Shown here: in pieces, positions 50,030-62,664 of the stretch | Numbering within the stretch: position 1 is the stretch's first letter | How the letters are laid out: each line of letters begins with the position of its first letter | Source: Octopus bimaculoides | Lineage: Eukaryota | Length of the DNA: 64,000 nucleotides | Reading direction: 5' to 3' | Assembly (NCBI RefSeq): GCF_001194135.2 | Contig: NC_068984.1 | Coordinates: 118,619,346 to 118,683,345, forward strand | Program-made: the position numbers and the translations under genes | The notes under the pieces: generated by a model | Told to the model about the DNA's origin: nothing | What the model saw: the letters and a program-made list of their open reading frames with translations, nothing else | Databases searched by the model: none

Positions 50030-50900
50030 AATGAGGCTGTTTGCAACTTCCAACCATTCATATGTGAATGTGGTATACCTAGAACTTGTGAAAGTCTTAA
50101 AAACAGAAGAGTTGTTGTAAGCTATGCAATTGAATTCAAGTTGGAAAAGTAAGAGACAGATTGGATGATGACTTTTTAAAGGACAGAGGTCAAGCAGCTG
50201 CAGTCAATGGTGCTCTTTCAAAACAGACAACACTTTTAAAAGAAACTGCCTTGGGGATATTATTGTTTGCAATAGAGCTTTTAGGCAAAACTTCAATTAT
50301 TAGAACAATCACTCTTGCTAACTACAGAAATGGCACCAAATATCAGAGGTGATCATAGTTCGGATAATACTAAAAACATATAGGATGTATTCAATAAACA
50401 CGAATGCTGATGAAACTGAAATGCAATATGTTGAAAGGTTTCAGGCATTTTGATATTAAGCCTCTAAAACATTACAACCTAAATATATAGGATCAAGGAA
50501 AGATTGCAGTCCTTGAGACAGAATCTGTATGAAAAGAAAGAAGTGTATTGAACATTATTACATTGTTTTATGTGTGTATTATTACAATATCAACAACATG
50601 TAGGCAAATAAGCAAGATGGATTTTAAGAACATTGAGAACAGTAGAATAAGAAATCATGTTGGTTATATTTTAGACACCTGTTTTCCATTGTCAATTTTA
50701 CTGCTTCCAGCTATGGTCCTTTCATAGTGCCAACTTCATTATTGAACTAGAATCAGTCCATTACTGAAGATTGCTTTTACACAATAATTGCACTGCCGAG
50801 AGCAATTCAAAGATTTAAATCTCTATTCCCTTGATGGAAGTAAAGAAAGATATACAGTAATTCACATAAGGGAAGCAATAAACTTTGGTTTCAGAAGCTG
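50030..50900 (+). mobile_element. CR1/L2-clade RT fossil
   Basis: Remnants NVVYLELVKV (DVVYLDFAKAF-like), DDFLKDRGQAAAVNGALS, RWILRT, QLW and NLYSLDGSKERYTVIH appear in the expected order. Confidence 0.7.
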
Positions 50901-51606
50901 TAAAACTGTTGAACAAGTGCCACAGCATAGTGTCAAAAGTTCCACCCTTTCTAGGCTAAAAGAGATATACAATAGTCTGAGGTTCAAATAATAGCAGCAA
51001 TTTGAAGTATTCCTGTAAATTCCACTGAGGTTGACTTTGCCTTTCCTCCTTTTGGGGACGATAAATTAAGTACCAGTTGCGTACTGAGGTCAATCTAATT
51101 GACTGGGCCCCTCGCAAAAAATTTTGGGCCTTGTACCTAGAGTAGAAAAGAAAATTATAGCTGGTTGTCCCCCTTAGTATTTCCACAGCCCACTGTTAGA
51201 GAGTGTGTGTGTGTGTGTGTGTAGCATACTAAACACATAGTGTGTTTAGTAAACACATATAATATGCTTAGTATGTAACCATGAAGTCCTGGATTTGATC
51301 TCACAACATTATCTTGGGCAAATGTTATTTTATACAACCTTGGGTAAACCTACACCATGTGAGTGAAATTAGGCAGATAGATGGAAACTGTAGAGAAGCT
51401 TGTTCAGTAGAGTGAACCTATAATTCAAAAGGTACAGTCTAGTGACACATTACACTGCACTTATTCTTTTTGAGAATGATGTTAAAGGGACACAAGTCTA
51501 TGGAATATTCAGCCATTTACACACTAATTCAGGAACAGGTTATCCATTTAGTTAAACAAGTGAATCCTCATCATTGAATAATGGAGATATACCAGCATGT
51601 GTGTGA

Positions 51607-51675
<69 letters not shown>

Positions 51676-51848
51676 ACAATCAGAGAAAGTTAGTAGTGTT
51701 CTTGTACCAGTAAAAGTTATATAATGAAGTCAATGAGTGTGGATAACTTTGTATACCCATGACTTACAAACTAATTGAAACTCATATCTCTTGTCCTCTC
51801 CTCTGTCTCTTTCCGTGAGTGCATGTGTGTATGTCTATGTATGCAATC

Positions 51849-52217
51849 TTTCAGGATGATAATGCACCAATTCACACAGCTTAAGTTATTACTGAATGGC
51901 ACAAGGAACATTCTAGTGAAGTTGAGTATCTTATCTGGCCACCACAGTCCCCAAATCTCAATATCATTAAACATTTATGGTGCATTTTAGAAAAACAAGT
52001 AAGGAGTCGATATCTTCCACCATCATCACTACAAGAATTGGAGACTGTTTTAGCTGAAGAATGGACAAAAATTCCTTTGGAAACAATTCAAACTTTGTAC
52101 AAGTCCATATCTTGTAGAATTCAAGCTGTAATTACTAACAAAGGCGGTCCTACCCCATATTAAAATAAATTTGTTTGAAATTTTAAGGAGTTTCCAATAT
52201 TTTGTTCAACTCTTGTA
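51849..52217 (+). mobile_element. Tc1-like transposase C-terminus and right TIR
   Basis: FQDDNAPIHTA*VITEWH...WPPQSPNLNIIKHLW...AVITNKGGPTPY* (stop at 52163), followed by gtttccaatattttgttcaactcttgTA. Confidence 0.88.
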
Positions 52218-52233
52218 GGTATGTATATGTATG

Positions 52234-52274
<41 letters not shown>

Positions 52275-52279
<5 letters not shown>

Positions 52280-52470
52280 TGACCGTTGACTGAACACTAT
52301 TCAATCTTTTTTCTCCGTGTTTTTCTCCTTGTCTCCGTATTCTTGCTGTTGAAGAGCGTAGCTTGAAACGTCAAAGACTGTCCGTATTCACGAGCGTCAT
52401 ACTAATATATACTTTTGTTATTTACACCACCTGTCCTCGCCTGTTGTTATTATTTGTATATTCTCCCATA
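52275..52470 (+). mobile_element. Short PLE-derived element with hammerhead-like motif
   Basis: Reverse complement homologue of 13190-13400, flanked by (TA)n. Confidence 0.6.
52341..52377 (+). ncRNA. Candidate minimal type I hammerhead ribozyme (second copy)
   Basis: TCTTG-CTGTTGA-A-GAGC-GTA-GCTT-GAAAC-GTC-AAAGA, with a GUC cleavage triplet and one stem I mismatch. Confidence 0.5.
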
Positions 52471-52679
52471 TATATATGTCCAACCCATGCTAGCATGGAA
52501 AGCAGACGTTAAACGATATATATGATGATATATATATAATTCAAATTGATTAGTATTTCCTTATTTTAAGTTTAATGCTCAGGAAATCAAACCATTGATG
52601 TTTAGTGAGTGTGTATAACTATGTATGTATGTATGTATGTATGTATGTATGTATGTATGTATGTATGTATGCATGTATG

Positions 52680-52711
<32 letters not shown>

Positions 52712-52997
52712 CACACATGTATATTCATGTAAAAGAGATAACTAGAAGCCTTCTAACCAATTAGTACATTCTGAAAATGTTTTGGAAAAGTGGAGAAAGA
52801 AGAAGCTCAGTGCTAAGGAAGAGGAAACACTGCTAAGTCTTCAGAAAAGTAGGTAATGTAAATAACTGTGTCAATCGTAGGAGCCACATTAGTGCAATAA
52901 ATACAAACTCAGTGGTACTCTAGATAGTCTGCATCAACTGGTAATGATGGAATATCCCTGGAAAGGTCATGACAATATATATATATATATATATATA

Positions 52998-53288
52998 NNN
53001 NNNNNNNNNNNNNNNNNNNNNNNNNNNNNNNNNNNNNNNNNNNNNNNNNNNNNNNNNNNNNNNNNNNNNNNNNNNNNNNNNNNNNNNNNNNNNNNNNNNN
53101 NNNNNNNNNNNNNNNNNNNNNNNNNNNNNNNNNNNNNNNNNNNNNNNNNNNNNNNNNNNNNNNNNNNNNNNNNNNNNNNNNNNNNNNNNNNNNNNNNNNN
53201 NNNNNNNNNNNNNNNNNNNNNNNNNNNNNNNNNNNNNNNNNNNNNNNNNNNNNNNNNNNNNNNNNNNNNNNNNNNNNNNNNNNNNNNN
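52998..53288. other. Assembly gap (N run)
   Basis: N bases after (TA)n. Confidence 1.
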
Positions 53289-55290
53289 GATCCCAAAACT
53301 TGTTGGCCCAAGACCTCTTAAGGATATAATAAATATATATATGTATTCTTTTTTGTTTTACTTGTTTCAGTAATTTGACTGTGGCCATGCTGGAGCTCCA
53401 GTTGTTACTTCAGAGAACATTTGACTTCTGGAACTTCCTCTTCAAGTGTTGACTTGTAGCATAAGCAAAACATTAACAGTATCAATCTCACTAACTTTGG
53501 AGAATCTGCAAAGGCAACGGACACTGCCCCATTCTCATGACTAAGCAAGAAATAACGCCCCACCTCCTACCCAACACAGAAAGATTGACAAACAGACAGA
53601 TATAGATAGACAGATAGAGAAGCTGAGAGAAAAAGATAGATAGACAGATATAGTTGTACAAATATTCATAATACTTTACATTGCAAGATATCCTCTTCTT
53701 CAGTTGTTGACTGGAAGTCATAATGATTTTGGCACTTTCTGACATCAACACACCATGTAACATGAATAAGCAGTGATGCTACCAAGGAATATTGAGTTTC
53801 TCATATTGTGCATTTGTGTGTGTGTGAATGTGTGTGTGCATGTGTGTGAGCATCGCTCCAAACAATACAAGTTGATTAAGAACTTCACTCTTCAATCATG
53901 AGACTCCAGGTTTGAACACACAGTGCAGCAGCTTGAGAATTCCAGTCTAAGAGAGGTTTGTGTATGTGCATGCATATGTGTGTAGGCATATGTGTATGTG
54001 TTTGTGCGTATGTGCAAGTGCATGTATATAAGCGTATGTGTGCGCATGTATATAAGTGTGTGAGTGCATATGTATGAGTGTGAGTTTGTGTGTGGGTGTA
54101 TCTCAGTGCACATCCATCTAAGATGTATCCTTGGAACGAATAAGCTAGGAATAAGTATAAACATCTACATTAACCAGGCTAGATACAGCTAGAAATTTAA
54201 ATGAGTGTCAAGATTTCAATGAGCTTGAACACAGCCAAATGTACATAAAGTTATATTTTCAGTTGGTTGCTATCTTGTCACAATTTATTTTGGATGAGAG
54301 ATGACTAAGATTACCTAAAGAACATCTAGAACATGATATAATAGCAACAGTAATAAATAATAAATAATGTGAAACATGTCTGTACTGCAACTACATTGCA
54401 TTCAAGCAGAAAATGAAAAACAATCATTTTTATACTATGCTTTTTTTTCTTTTAAAAAATGTAATTTAATCAACTACAGTAAGATTTAATAATTCTATAT
54501 AAATATGTTTTATAAATATACATACATACATACATACAAATACATATATGCAGAAACACATATGTGGCAGAAGGCCAAGGAAGACATGGAAAGAATTGCT
54601 TAAATCAAATAGCAAGAAGTTGGGCATCACAGACAAAACGACTAAGTCTTCGGAGAAGACAGATGATATGCTGCAGTGCAGATTTATCCAATTCAGGCCA
54701 GCAGAGATAAAAATCTTAAAGACATGTATTGCATAGAATATCATAACTGGTCATGATACAAACATATCTGTATGTTAATATACAATGTTTATACGTTAAT
54801 CAGAAATATATTCTTATAATCTCAACAACTACTACGACTACTGCTACTACTACATGTGTGTATGGTCATCATCATAACCTACACTTTGCCATGCTTGCAT
54901 AGGTCAGATGGAATTTGTTGAGGCAAATTTTCAAAGGTCAGGTGTCATTCCTGTTGCAAGCCCTCATCTATTTCTGAACAGGGAAATGTTTCCTTATGGC
55001 CAGAAATATTTTCCACAGAATATTGGTAATGAAGTACACTGCTTTTTATGATGGTGACATCCATTTTACAACCACTGAGTGATGTCAAGACAAGGAGACT
55101 GACACAAACACCTCCTCCTCCTCCACCCCCACACACATATATATAAGATATAGTTGAAAAGGGGTTAGGTATTCATACAAACCAAAGGTTATAAGTAAAA
55201 AGTTAAAGTGGAAACAACACGGAAGTATGTTTAAAGATACTTCCTATTGTCTTTTAACTGAACAGGATAAGTCTTTTTATGTTTGTTACT

Positions 55291-55516
55291 TTAACCCTTT
55301 AGTGTTTAAACCGGCTATATCCAGCCCAAATATTCTACTCGTTTTATGCCCAAACTGGCCAGAACCAGTGTCTCACATCTACCCTGCAATGTCATTCTAA
55401 AAATAAACAATTACATCTCTCAAATCTTGAAGCTACAAGATAATACCAGATTAAATTTTTAAAGTGTACATGAATAAGGATTACTTTTGACATTAATTTG
55501 AACACTAAAGGGTTAA
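55291..55516 (+). mobile_element. piggyBac-type MITE, family I
   Basis: TTAAccctttagtgtttaaa...cactaaagggTTAA. Confidence 0.82.
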
Positions 55517-55709
55517 GTGACTTTTCTAAAAAATATTCCTGGTTTTGATGTGTATGTACATCTTATCAAATATTAAAAATTCAAAGTCAAAGATTAGGAA
55601 ATAAGAACATTTTCTTAACTACACACAGAATATGAGAACAAACTGTTTTTATAAAAGCCACTTAATGTAACAAACATAAAAAGACTTATCCTCTCCAATT
55701 AAATGAAAA

Positions 55710-56051
55710 NNNNNNNNNNNNNNNNNNNNNNNNNNNNNNNNNNNNNNNNNNNNNNNNNNNNNNNNNNNNNNNNNNNNNNNNNNNNNNNNNNNNNNNNNNN
55801 NNNNNNNNNNNNNNNNNNNNNNNNNNNNNNNNNNNNNNNNNNNNNNNNNNNNNNNNNNNNNNNNNNNNNNNNNNNNNNNNNNNNNNNNNNNNNNNNNNNN
55901 NNNNNNNNNNNNNNNNNNNNNNNNNNNNNNNNNNNNNNNNNNNNNNNNNNNNNNNNNNNNNNNNNNNNNNNNNNNNNNNNNNNNNNNNNNNNNNNNNNNN
56001 NNNNNNNNNNNNNNNNNNNNNNNNNNNNNNNNNNNNNNNNNNNNNNNNNNN
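55710..56051. other. Assembly gap (N run)
   Basis: N bases. Confidence 1.
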
Positions 56052-57123
56052 TTGTTTGTTTATTTCACCGTTTCGTTTTCCTGTCTTGTTTTCCGTCCAC
56101 CACTACCCTCCACGAAAACAATTTAATTTGTGTTCATGGGAAAAACCATTTTAACGATGCGTACTGCCTTAATTCTTCGAAACGCCGGAGTTTTAATGGT
56201 GGCAGCTGATGAAGGGGATGTTTCTATGTGGCTTGCTTGTTTGTTGCACCTTGTTTACCATTTTGTCCTTGTTCTTTTGCCACGTCATGTACCCAGTTAT
56301 CTATATATATGTACATGTAGATGAACGTATATACATACATGTACATATATATGCATATACTCATATATTGTTTATATATATATATATATACAGAGCTCTG
56401 ATTAGTCACATATGCTACACAACAGTAAGAGAGATCTCTGCATATATGCCACAATCAGAGTAACCAGATGACCCAAAAAGACCATTTCTATGAAGCCCTC
56501 CTGCAAACTACCTCAATAGAAGAATCCTATATGCAGGAATTGGCAAAAGTTTTTAAAGCATTGGATGGAATGCTTCACAGTTTTTGTTCCAACCTTCTGT
56601 ACTCTGAGTCTGAATCCTGCCAATGCCAACTTTGACTTTTATTCTTACAGAATTGTTAAAAGAAAATACCAATGAAGACCATGGCTTAACAGAACTGTAA
56701 GAACACAGGCCTGGATGCCTTGCAAATATTTGCACCAGCTCTTTGTTTTCTGAGTTCAAATCCTTCCATAGCCTTCTTGAGTGGTAGACTTAACCTGTCA
56801 CCTGTTTAACACCACTACCTTTGGGTATGTTTAGAAGAGTCCCTTCTCTTGCAAGGATTTGGGCCAGGTGCTTGGTCTGTAACAGGTCATGGGAGCTGCC
56901 TTCCTTCTTGACTAACCAACTAACCCTTCAGTAATGTTTATTTCTTCACATTGTTTTGAATTAATTATGTATTATCTTGTATTTAAGATTCTGATGCTGT
57001 GACTATTTACTTTTAGAATGAGATTGCAGAGTAGGTGTGAGAGGCTGGATCTAGCAGGCTTGAACATAAATTTTTGGCCACATATAACCAGTAAATGCGG
57101 AAGGGTTAGATAAAAAAAGGTAC

Positions 57124-57300
57124 NNNNNNNNNNNNNNNNNNNNNNNNNNNNNNNNNNNNNNNNNNNNNNNNNNNNNNNNNNNNNNNNNNNNNNNNNNNNN
57201 NNNNNNNNNNNNNNNNNNNNNNNNNNNNNNNNNNNNNNNNNNNNNNNNNNNNNNNNNNNNNNNNNNNNNNNNNNNNNNNNNNNNNNNNNNNNNNNNNNNN
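57124..57300. other. Assembly gap (N run)
   Basis: N bases. Confidence 1.
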
Positions 57301-57724
57301 AAAAAAACACTAACATTGTTTATCATAGACAATGACTTTAATGGACCTGTTGGACAACTTAATGAATGGGTATTCTGTTGAATATTAAGGCTATGATTAT
57401 TGTACTTATAGTTCCATGATGCAGTTGACCAAATCATTTGCATCATTAACTTCAGGAAACTAAGCAGTCACCTGATCGTGTACCACTCAGTTAAGCTCAG
57501 AGGCAAATAGATTTCATATTCACCAGGAATTAAAATAAACAAAAAGTTGTGAATATTAAGTCATTCTCCAGAGAAAAATGTATCATTCAGTATAGATTAG
57601 TGATATCAAAGTAAGAGTTTCATGGACCCAGTGACACAAGATAATCTAGAGAAGGAAGATATGGAAGTTGAATGCCCTCTTGATCATATGAAGATTCAAA
57701 GAACTTCTAGGTGATGCTTATGTT

Positions 57725-57955
57725 TTAACCTTTTTGATACCAACCTGTCTGGAGCTGCTCCTAGTTCTATGACACAAACTTCTGGTTTTAAAGTGATCTA
57801 TGTTAAAATGTTCCACCAAAATTTCAGGTAAAATCTTCCATCAAGATTTCAGGTTAATAATGACAGTTATTTGAGTAGAATTTTTTCATTATCTTTAAAA
57901 TTAATTGAAACAAAGTTTGTATATTTCAACTGAAATATGGTAACGAGAGGGTTAA
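57725..57955 (+). mobile_element. piggyBac-type MITE, family J, nested in RTE
   Basis: TTAAcctttttgatacc...gagagggTTAA. Confidence 0.8.
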
Positions 57956-58983
57956 CAGAGACCTATAACATAGAGGACAAGTGAGAAACTAACAGATTTG
58001 TGGACCAAATAAGGTTCCAGAATAGCAGAATGTTACATGATTATGGAATGGTATGGTACATAGAGCCAAAAATAAGCTAAGAGACAGAGCTAGGAAGAAT
58101 GGGAAAAAGAGGAGAGCAAGGAACAATATCAGATAGCTAGAAGAAAAGATAGATGTTAGGTATGCTTAGCAAAGAGAAAAGTGGAAATAAGAGGGTTTTT
58201 TTTTCAACATTCTGCAATGTTAAAAAGCTGTGTATCGGTACGATTCAGGATGTTGTAGGTGTGAATTGTGTTATGTAATGATAGCAGCACACTCGCACTC
58301 ACTGATGCAAAGAAGAAAGAGGCTTGGAAATGCTACTGCAAGATTTGTTACTGCTATTGTTTAACCACAGGTTAATTCAGATCAAGCTGACTTATGATCA
58401 AAAACATTCCAGCTATGAGCATCTCGACTTTTTCCTGTGCCAAGCCTAGGACATAATGCAATATGTAATTTTTAAAATGTTAGTGTGATTAGAGGGAGAT
58501 CTGGCTGCTATTTCTAGCAATTCGAGTGACCACATATAGGCTCCTTTGTTGGCTTGTATTATGAGAAATTACTGAATGAGAAGAATGCATGGAGAGTGAG
58601 TGACTACCACCAAGTAGACCCAATATCTGTACCAGCAACTGAAACTCGGTTACAATTAAATGCTTATTAAGGGTGTAAAGGCAAAGTGGCTGAACCATCA
58701 GGGAGAGTTGCTACAATGCTGAAAACAGAATATGTGCATAATTCATTTGCAAATGCATAGTCAATCAGAGAGTGTATAAAAGGACCATATCTGTTGACTT
58801 GTGTAGTAATATCATGATCAAGTACAAAGAGGGCAAAAGTAATGTTCTTAAAAGAAGCAACTACAGAAGTGTCACAATTGTAAATTAAGTTATGAAACTA
58901 GCACAATTAGACTAAAAAAATTAGTTTAATTGTAATGCAGTTTGAATTTATAATGGGACAGGGTACCACTATTGCTCTCTTCC

Positions 58984-59402
58984 TAGTACTGGATTAACCA
59001 TTAAGCAAAATAAGCACATGCTAAGGGCATCAAGAGAAAAAGAGTCATACAGAAATGGTAAATGGTTTAAGGCACAAACGAAACCACTTTAAACTTGCTG
59101 AAATAATATTCAAAGTGGTTTATATGATCAGAAATATAATTTCAAAGTGTTCATGGTGTCATAATGAGGATCTGATCAAAGATTTTGTAATTAAAAAAAA
59201 GTAGGAGAAAACTTTTCAAATAAAATGGAAGTATACAAAAATAAACATTACTTTCCATATTACAGTTAGTTTTGTTTCATGTTGAAAAATAAAAATGCAT
59301 TTCATGGTTTATTGTTGTTTATATTTTGAATTACATATATATATATAGGGGCACTAAAATCTTTAAGTGCTTAGGGCCTCTATGGATCTTAATCCTGAAC
59401 TG
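58984..59402. mobile_element. hAT-like MITE nested in RTE
   Basis: Termini tagtactggattaa / ttaatcctgaactg. Imperfect 8-bp TSD tctcttcc / ccttttcc. Removing it restores the RTE frame ALFLVRQ. Confidence 0.65.
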
Positions 59403-59786
59403 CCTTTTCCTAGTAAGACAACAGATGTTCTTAGCAAAGAGCAAGTCATAACATTTAGCATTTGTTGACCAGGAGAAAACCTTTGACAGGGGATTATGCT
59501 CCATAGTCTTGGGATTGTTAAAAAAAACTAATGATGCTGTCAGTAAAGTGAGAGTCAGCAATAAGTTTAGTGAGGGATTTATTGTGCAGGTAGGTGTCTA
59601 ACTGGGCTTCTTTCTAAGAGCCAATTCCTGTTTGTTACAGTTCTTTAGACTATAACACAGGTAACAGGAGTTTAAGACAAGTTATTTCCGATGGCCTAGT
59701 TCTCATAGGTGAATCTGTTAAAGAATTAGGGAAGAAATTCCAAACATAAAAATTTTAATTAGTAGGAAAATAGATATAATTCTACT

Positions 59787-60019
59787 TCTGTTGTGTCTGG
59801 GGAGAGTCATTTTCTTATCGTGCCTCTCAAGACTATTGAAAAGGTTGCAAGACGCAACGAAAATTTTAGGAAAATAAAAAAATAATAAGTGGAAATTTTA
59901 ACGGTGAGTGTGTTAAATTTTAAGGCAGGATAAGAAAATGACTCTCCCCAGACACAACAGAATATGCTTCAACACACAAAATCACATAAAAAATCTTGCA
60001 AACCAAATCCCAAAACGAA
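59787..60019. mobile_element. 233-bp insertion with 13-bp TSD and internal 39-bp inverted repeat
   Basis: ATATAATTCTACT is duplicated at 59774-59786 and 60020-60032. The inverted repeat 59787-59825 / 59923-59961 is 38/39 identical. Confidence 0.85.
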
Positions 60020-60831
60020 ATATAATTCTACTGCCATCTGGAAAGTAATCATGTTATATATACAAAAAAGGAGTAATTAAGAATTCTTCGTGGTGTACCA
60101 AAATGTAAACTATGGGTATCCAAAAGGTGCAGTGGGATACAGAAGGGCACATGAGTAATTTGCAATAAAAATACCAATGTAATAAATACTTTTAAAATTT
60201 CAGAAGGCTTCCATGAAGTATTTGATAGATTCTGTTACTTAGGTGATTAATCAGCAGGAGAGAAGAGTGTTCTAAAAGCATAGTAGTTATAGTAAGAACA
60301 GGAGAGGGAAAAGAAGAGGGGCTTATTACCGCTGCTGCCAATATGAATATGCTGGTTCTGAATGAAAGATGGGTTGTATGATGCTGGCATAGGAATTGTG
60401 ATGTTGCATGATAGCAAAACATCAGCCTTAGATGTTAAGGATATGTGAAAGTTGGAATGAAATGAGATGAACATGCTTTGTGTAATGTTAGGATACTTGA
60501 ACGGTTAAGTACAAATGAACAGTGAGAAAAAAACCCAACAAAACTAGGTATCAGAAAAATTAGGTGTAATGTACAAGTAAGGTGACTGAAGTTGCAAAAT
60601 TATGTGGTGCATATGAAAGATGACAGTTGGGTAAAGAAGTGCCAAGTGAGCAATTCAAGTGGAAGGAATCTGCAGCAGAGAAATTCCAAGACATGGGAAA
60701 AAGTAGTGAAAACTCATCACATGGCACTGAACTTCCCAAAGGAGATGACAAGGAACTGCAACAGACAATGAGCAAGAGGCCTATCCAACACATACAAGCA
60801 TGGAAAAAGGGGATGTGATATGATACTAGTG

Positions 60832-60873
<42 letters not shown>

Positions 60874-61313
60874 NNNNNNNNNNNNNNNNNNNNNNNNNNN
60901 NNNNNNNNNNNNNNNNNNNNNNNNNNNNNNNNNNNNNNNNNNNNNNNNNNNNNNNNNNNNNNNNNNNNNNNNNNNNNNNNNNNNNNNNNNNNNNNNNNNN
61001 NNNNNNNNNNNNNNNNNNNNNNNNNNNNNNNNNNNNNNNNNNNNNNNNNNNNNNNNNNNNNNNNNNNNNNNNNNNNNNNNNNNNNNNNNNNNNNNNNNNN
61101 NNNNNNNNNNNNNNNNNNNNNNNNNNNNNNNNNNNNNNNNNNNNNNNNNNNNNNNNNNNNNNNNNNNNNNNNNNNNNNNNNNNNNNNNNNNNNNNNNNNN
61201 NNNNNNNNNNNNNNNNNNNNNNNNNNNNNNNNNNNNNNNNNNNNNNNNNNNNNNNNNNNNNNNNNNNNNNNNNNNNNNNNNNNNNNNNNNNNNNNNNNNN
61301 NNNNNNNNNNNNN
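60874..61313. other. Assembly gap (N run)
   Basis: N bases between (TG)n and (TA)n. Confidence 1.
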
Positions 61314-61368
<55 letters not shown>

Positions 61369-61904
61369 TGCAGTTGCCCCACACACACACAAAAGCATTC
61401 AGTACACTCTGGTGTTCAATTCTTGGATTTAGTGGCATATTGTGTCCTTGAATATGGACACAATATGTTGTTCCTCCACATGCTGCCAGATCAACCTTCT
61501 TTTCCTTGCACTGTGACATACTGGATGTGCCACAAGGTCATGGTTGGGAGGTCCAGGAGAGTGTCAATATCTATTCACCACTCCATAAGCCCTTAAAGCA
61601 ATTAACGAAAGCATGGTGCACATTATTGAGTGATACATGCTTACAGATCAAGCCTGTGATTTTACTATGCTTTTTAAAGTGATGACATGGCCAAACTAAA
61701 CTGCACACCAACTATATTAAAGTTAATCTTGTTATAAACAGGTGTGGCTGGCTGAATGTAAAGAAGATTGCTTCCTAACTACATTGTTCCAGTTTTGTTC
61801 CCACCTAGGCAAGTGTCTTCTACTATAGCCTCAGGTCGACCAAAGCCTTGTGAGTCAATTTGGAAGACAGAAACACAAAAGCAACCCATTATGTGTGTGT
61901 GTGT

Positions 61905-61974
<70 letters not shown>

Positions 61975-62019
61975 GTTTGTCCCCCCATACCATCTGATGA
62001 TCATTATTGGTTTGTTTAC

Positions 62020-62410
62020 ATTCTTTTCTACTCTAGGCACAAGGCTCAAAATTTTGGGGGAGGGGGTCAGTCAATTAGATCAACCCCAGTACGCAATTGG
62101 TACTTAATTTATCAACCCTGAAAGGATGAAAGGCAAAGTCGACCTTGGCGGAATTTGAATTCAGAATGCAAAGACAGAGGAAAAACTGCTAAGCATTTCG
62201 CCCGGTGTACTCTTTTACTCTTTTACTTGTTTCAGTCATTTGACTGCGGCCATGCTGGAGCACCACCTTTAGTCGAGCAAATCGACCCCAGGACTTATTC
62301 TTTGTAAGCCTAGTACTTATTCTATTGGCCCCTTTCTGCCAAACCACTAAGTTACGGGGACGTAAACACACCAGCATCGGTTGTCAAGCGATGGTGGTGA
62401 GGGACAAACA
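62020..62410 (-). mobile_element. Family-A SINE truncated by an adjoining family-C SINE
   Basis: The family-A head stops at ...cgcccggtgtac and runs directly into tcttttactcttttacttgtttcagtc (family C). Confidence 0.75.
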
Positions 62411-62468
62411 AACACAGATACACAAACACACACACACACACGCACATATATATATATATATATATATA

Positions 62469-62664
62469 NNNNNNNNNNNNNNNNNNNNNNNNNNNNNNNN
62501 NNNNNNNNNNNNNNNNNNNNNNNNNNNNNNNNNNNNNNNNNNNNNNNNNNNNNNNNNNNNNNNNNNNNNNNNNNNNNNNNNNNNNNNNNNNNNNNNNNNN
62601 NNNNNNNNNNNNNNNNNNNNNNNNNNNNNNNNNNNNNNNNNNNNNNNNNNNNNNNNNNNNNNNN
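62469..62664. other. Assembly gap (N run)
   Basis: N bases after (TA)n. Confidence 1.

Larger units (their letters stand above)
56400..60810 (+). mobile_element. Long degenerate RTE LINE (APE endonuclease, linker, RT) broken by nested insertions
   Basis: Ordered remnants: ISAYMPQS (56445), NFRKLSSHLIVYH (57450), KKKEAWKC (58310), KRSNYRS (58850), GTTIALFLVRQ (58960/59410), DAVSKVRV (59535), KLWVSKRCSGI (60105), DRFCYLGD (60225) and SWVKKC (60625). Confidence 0.78.
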
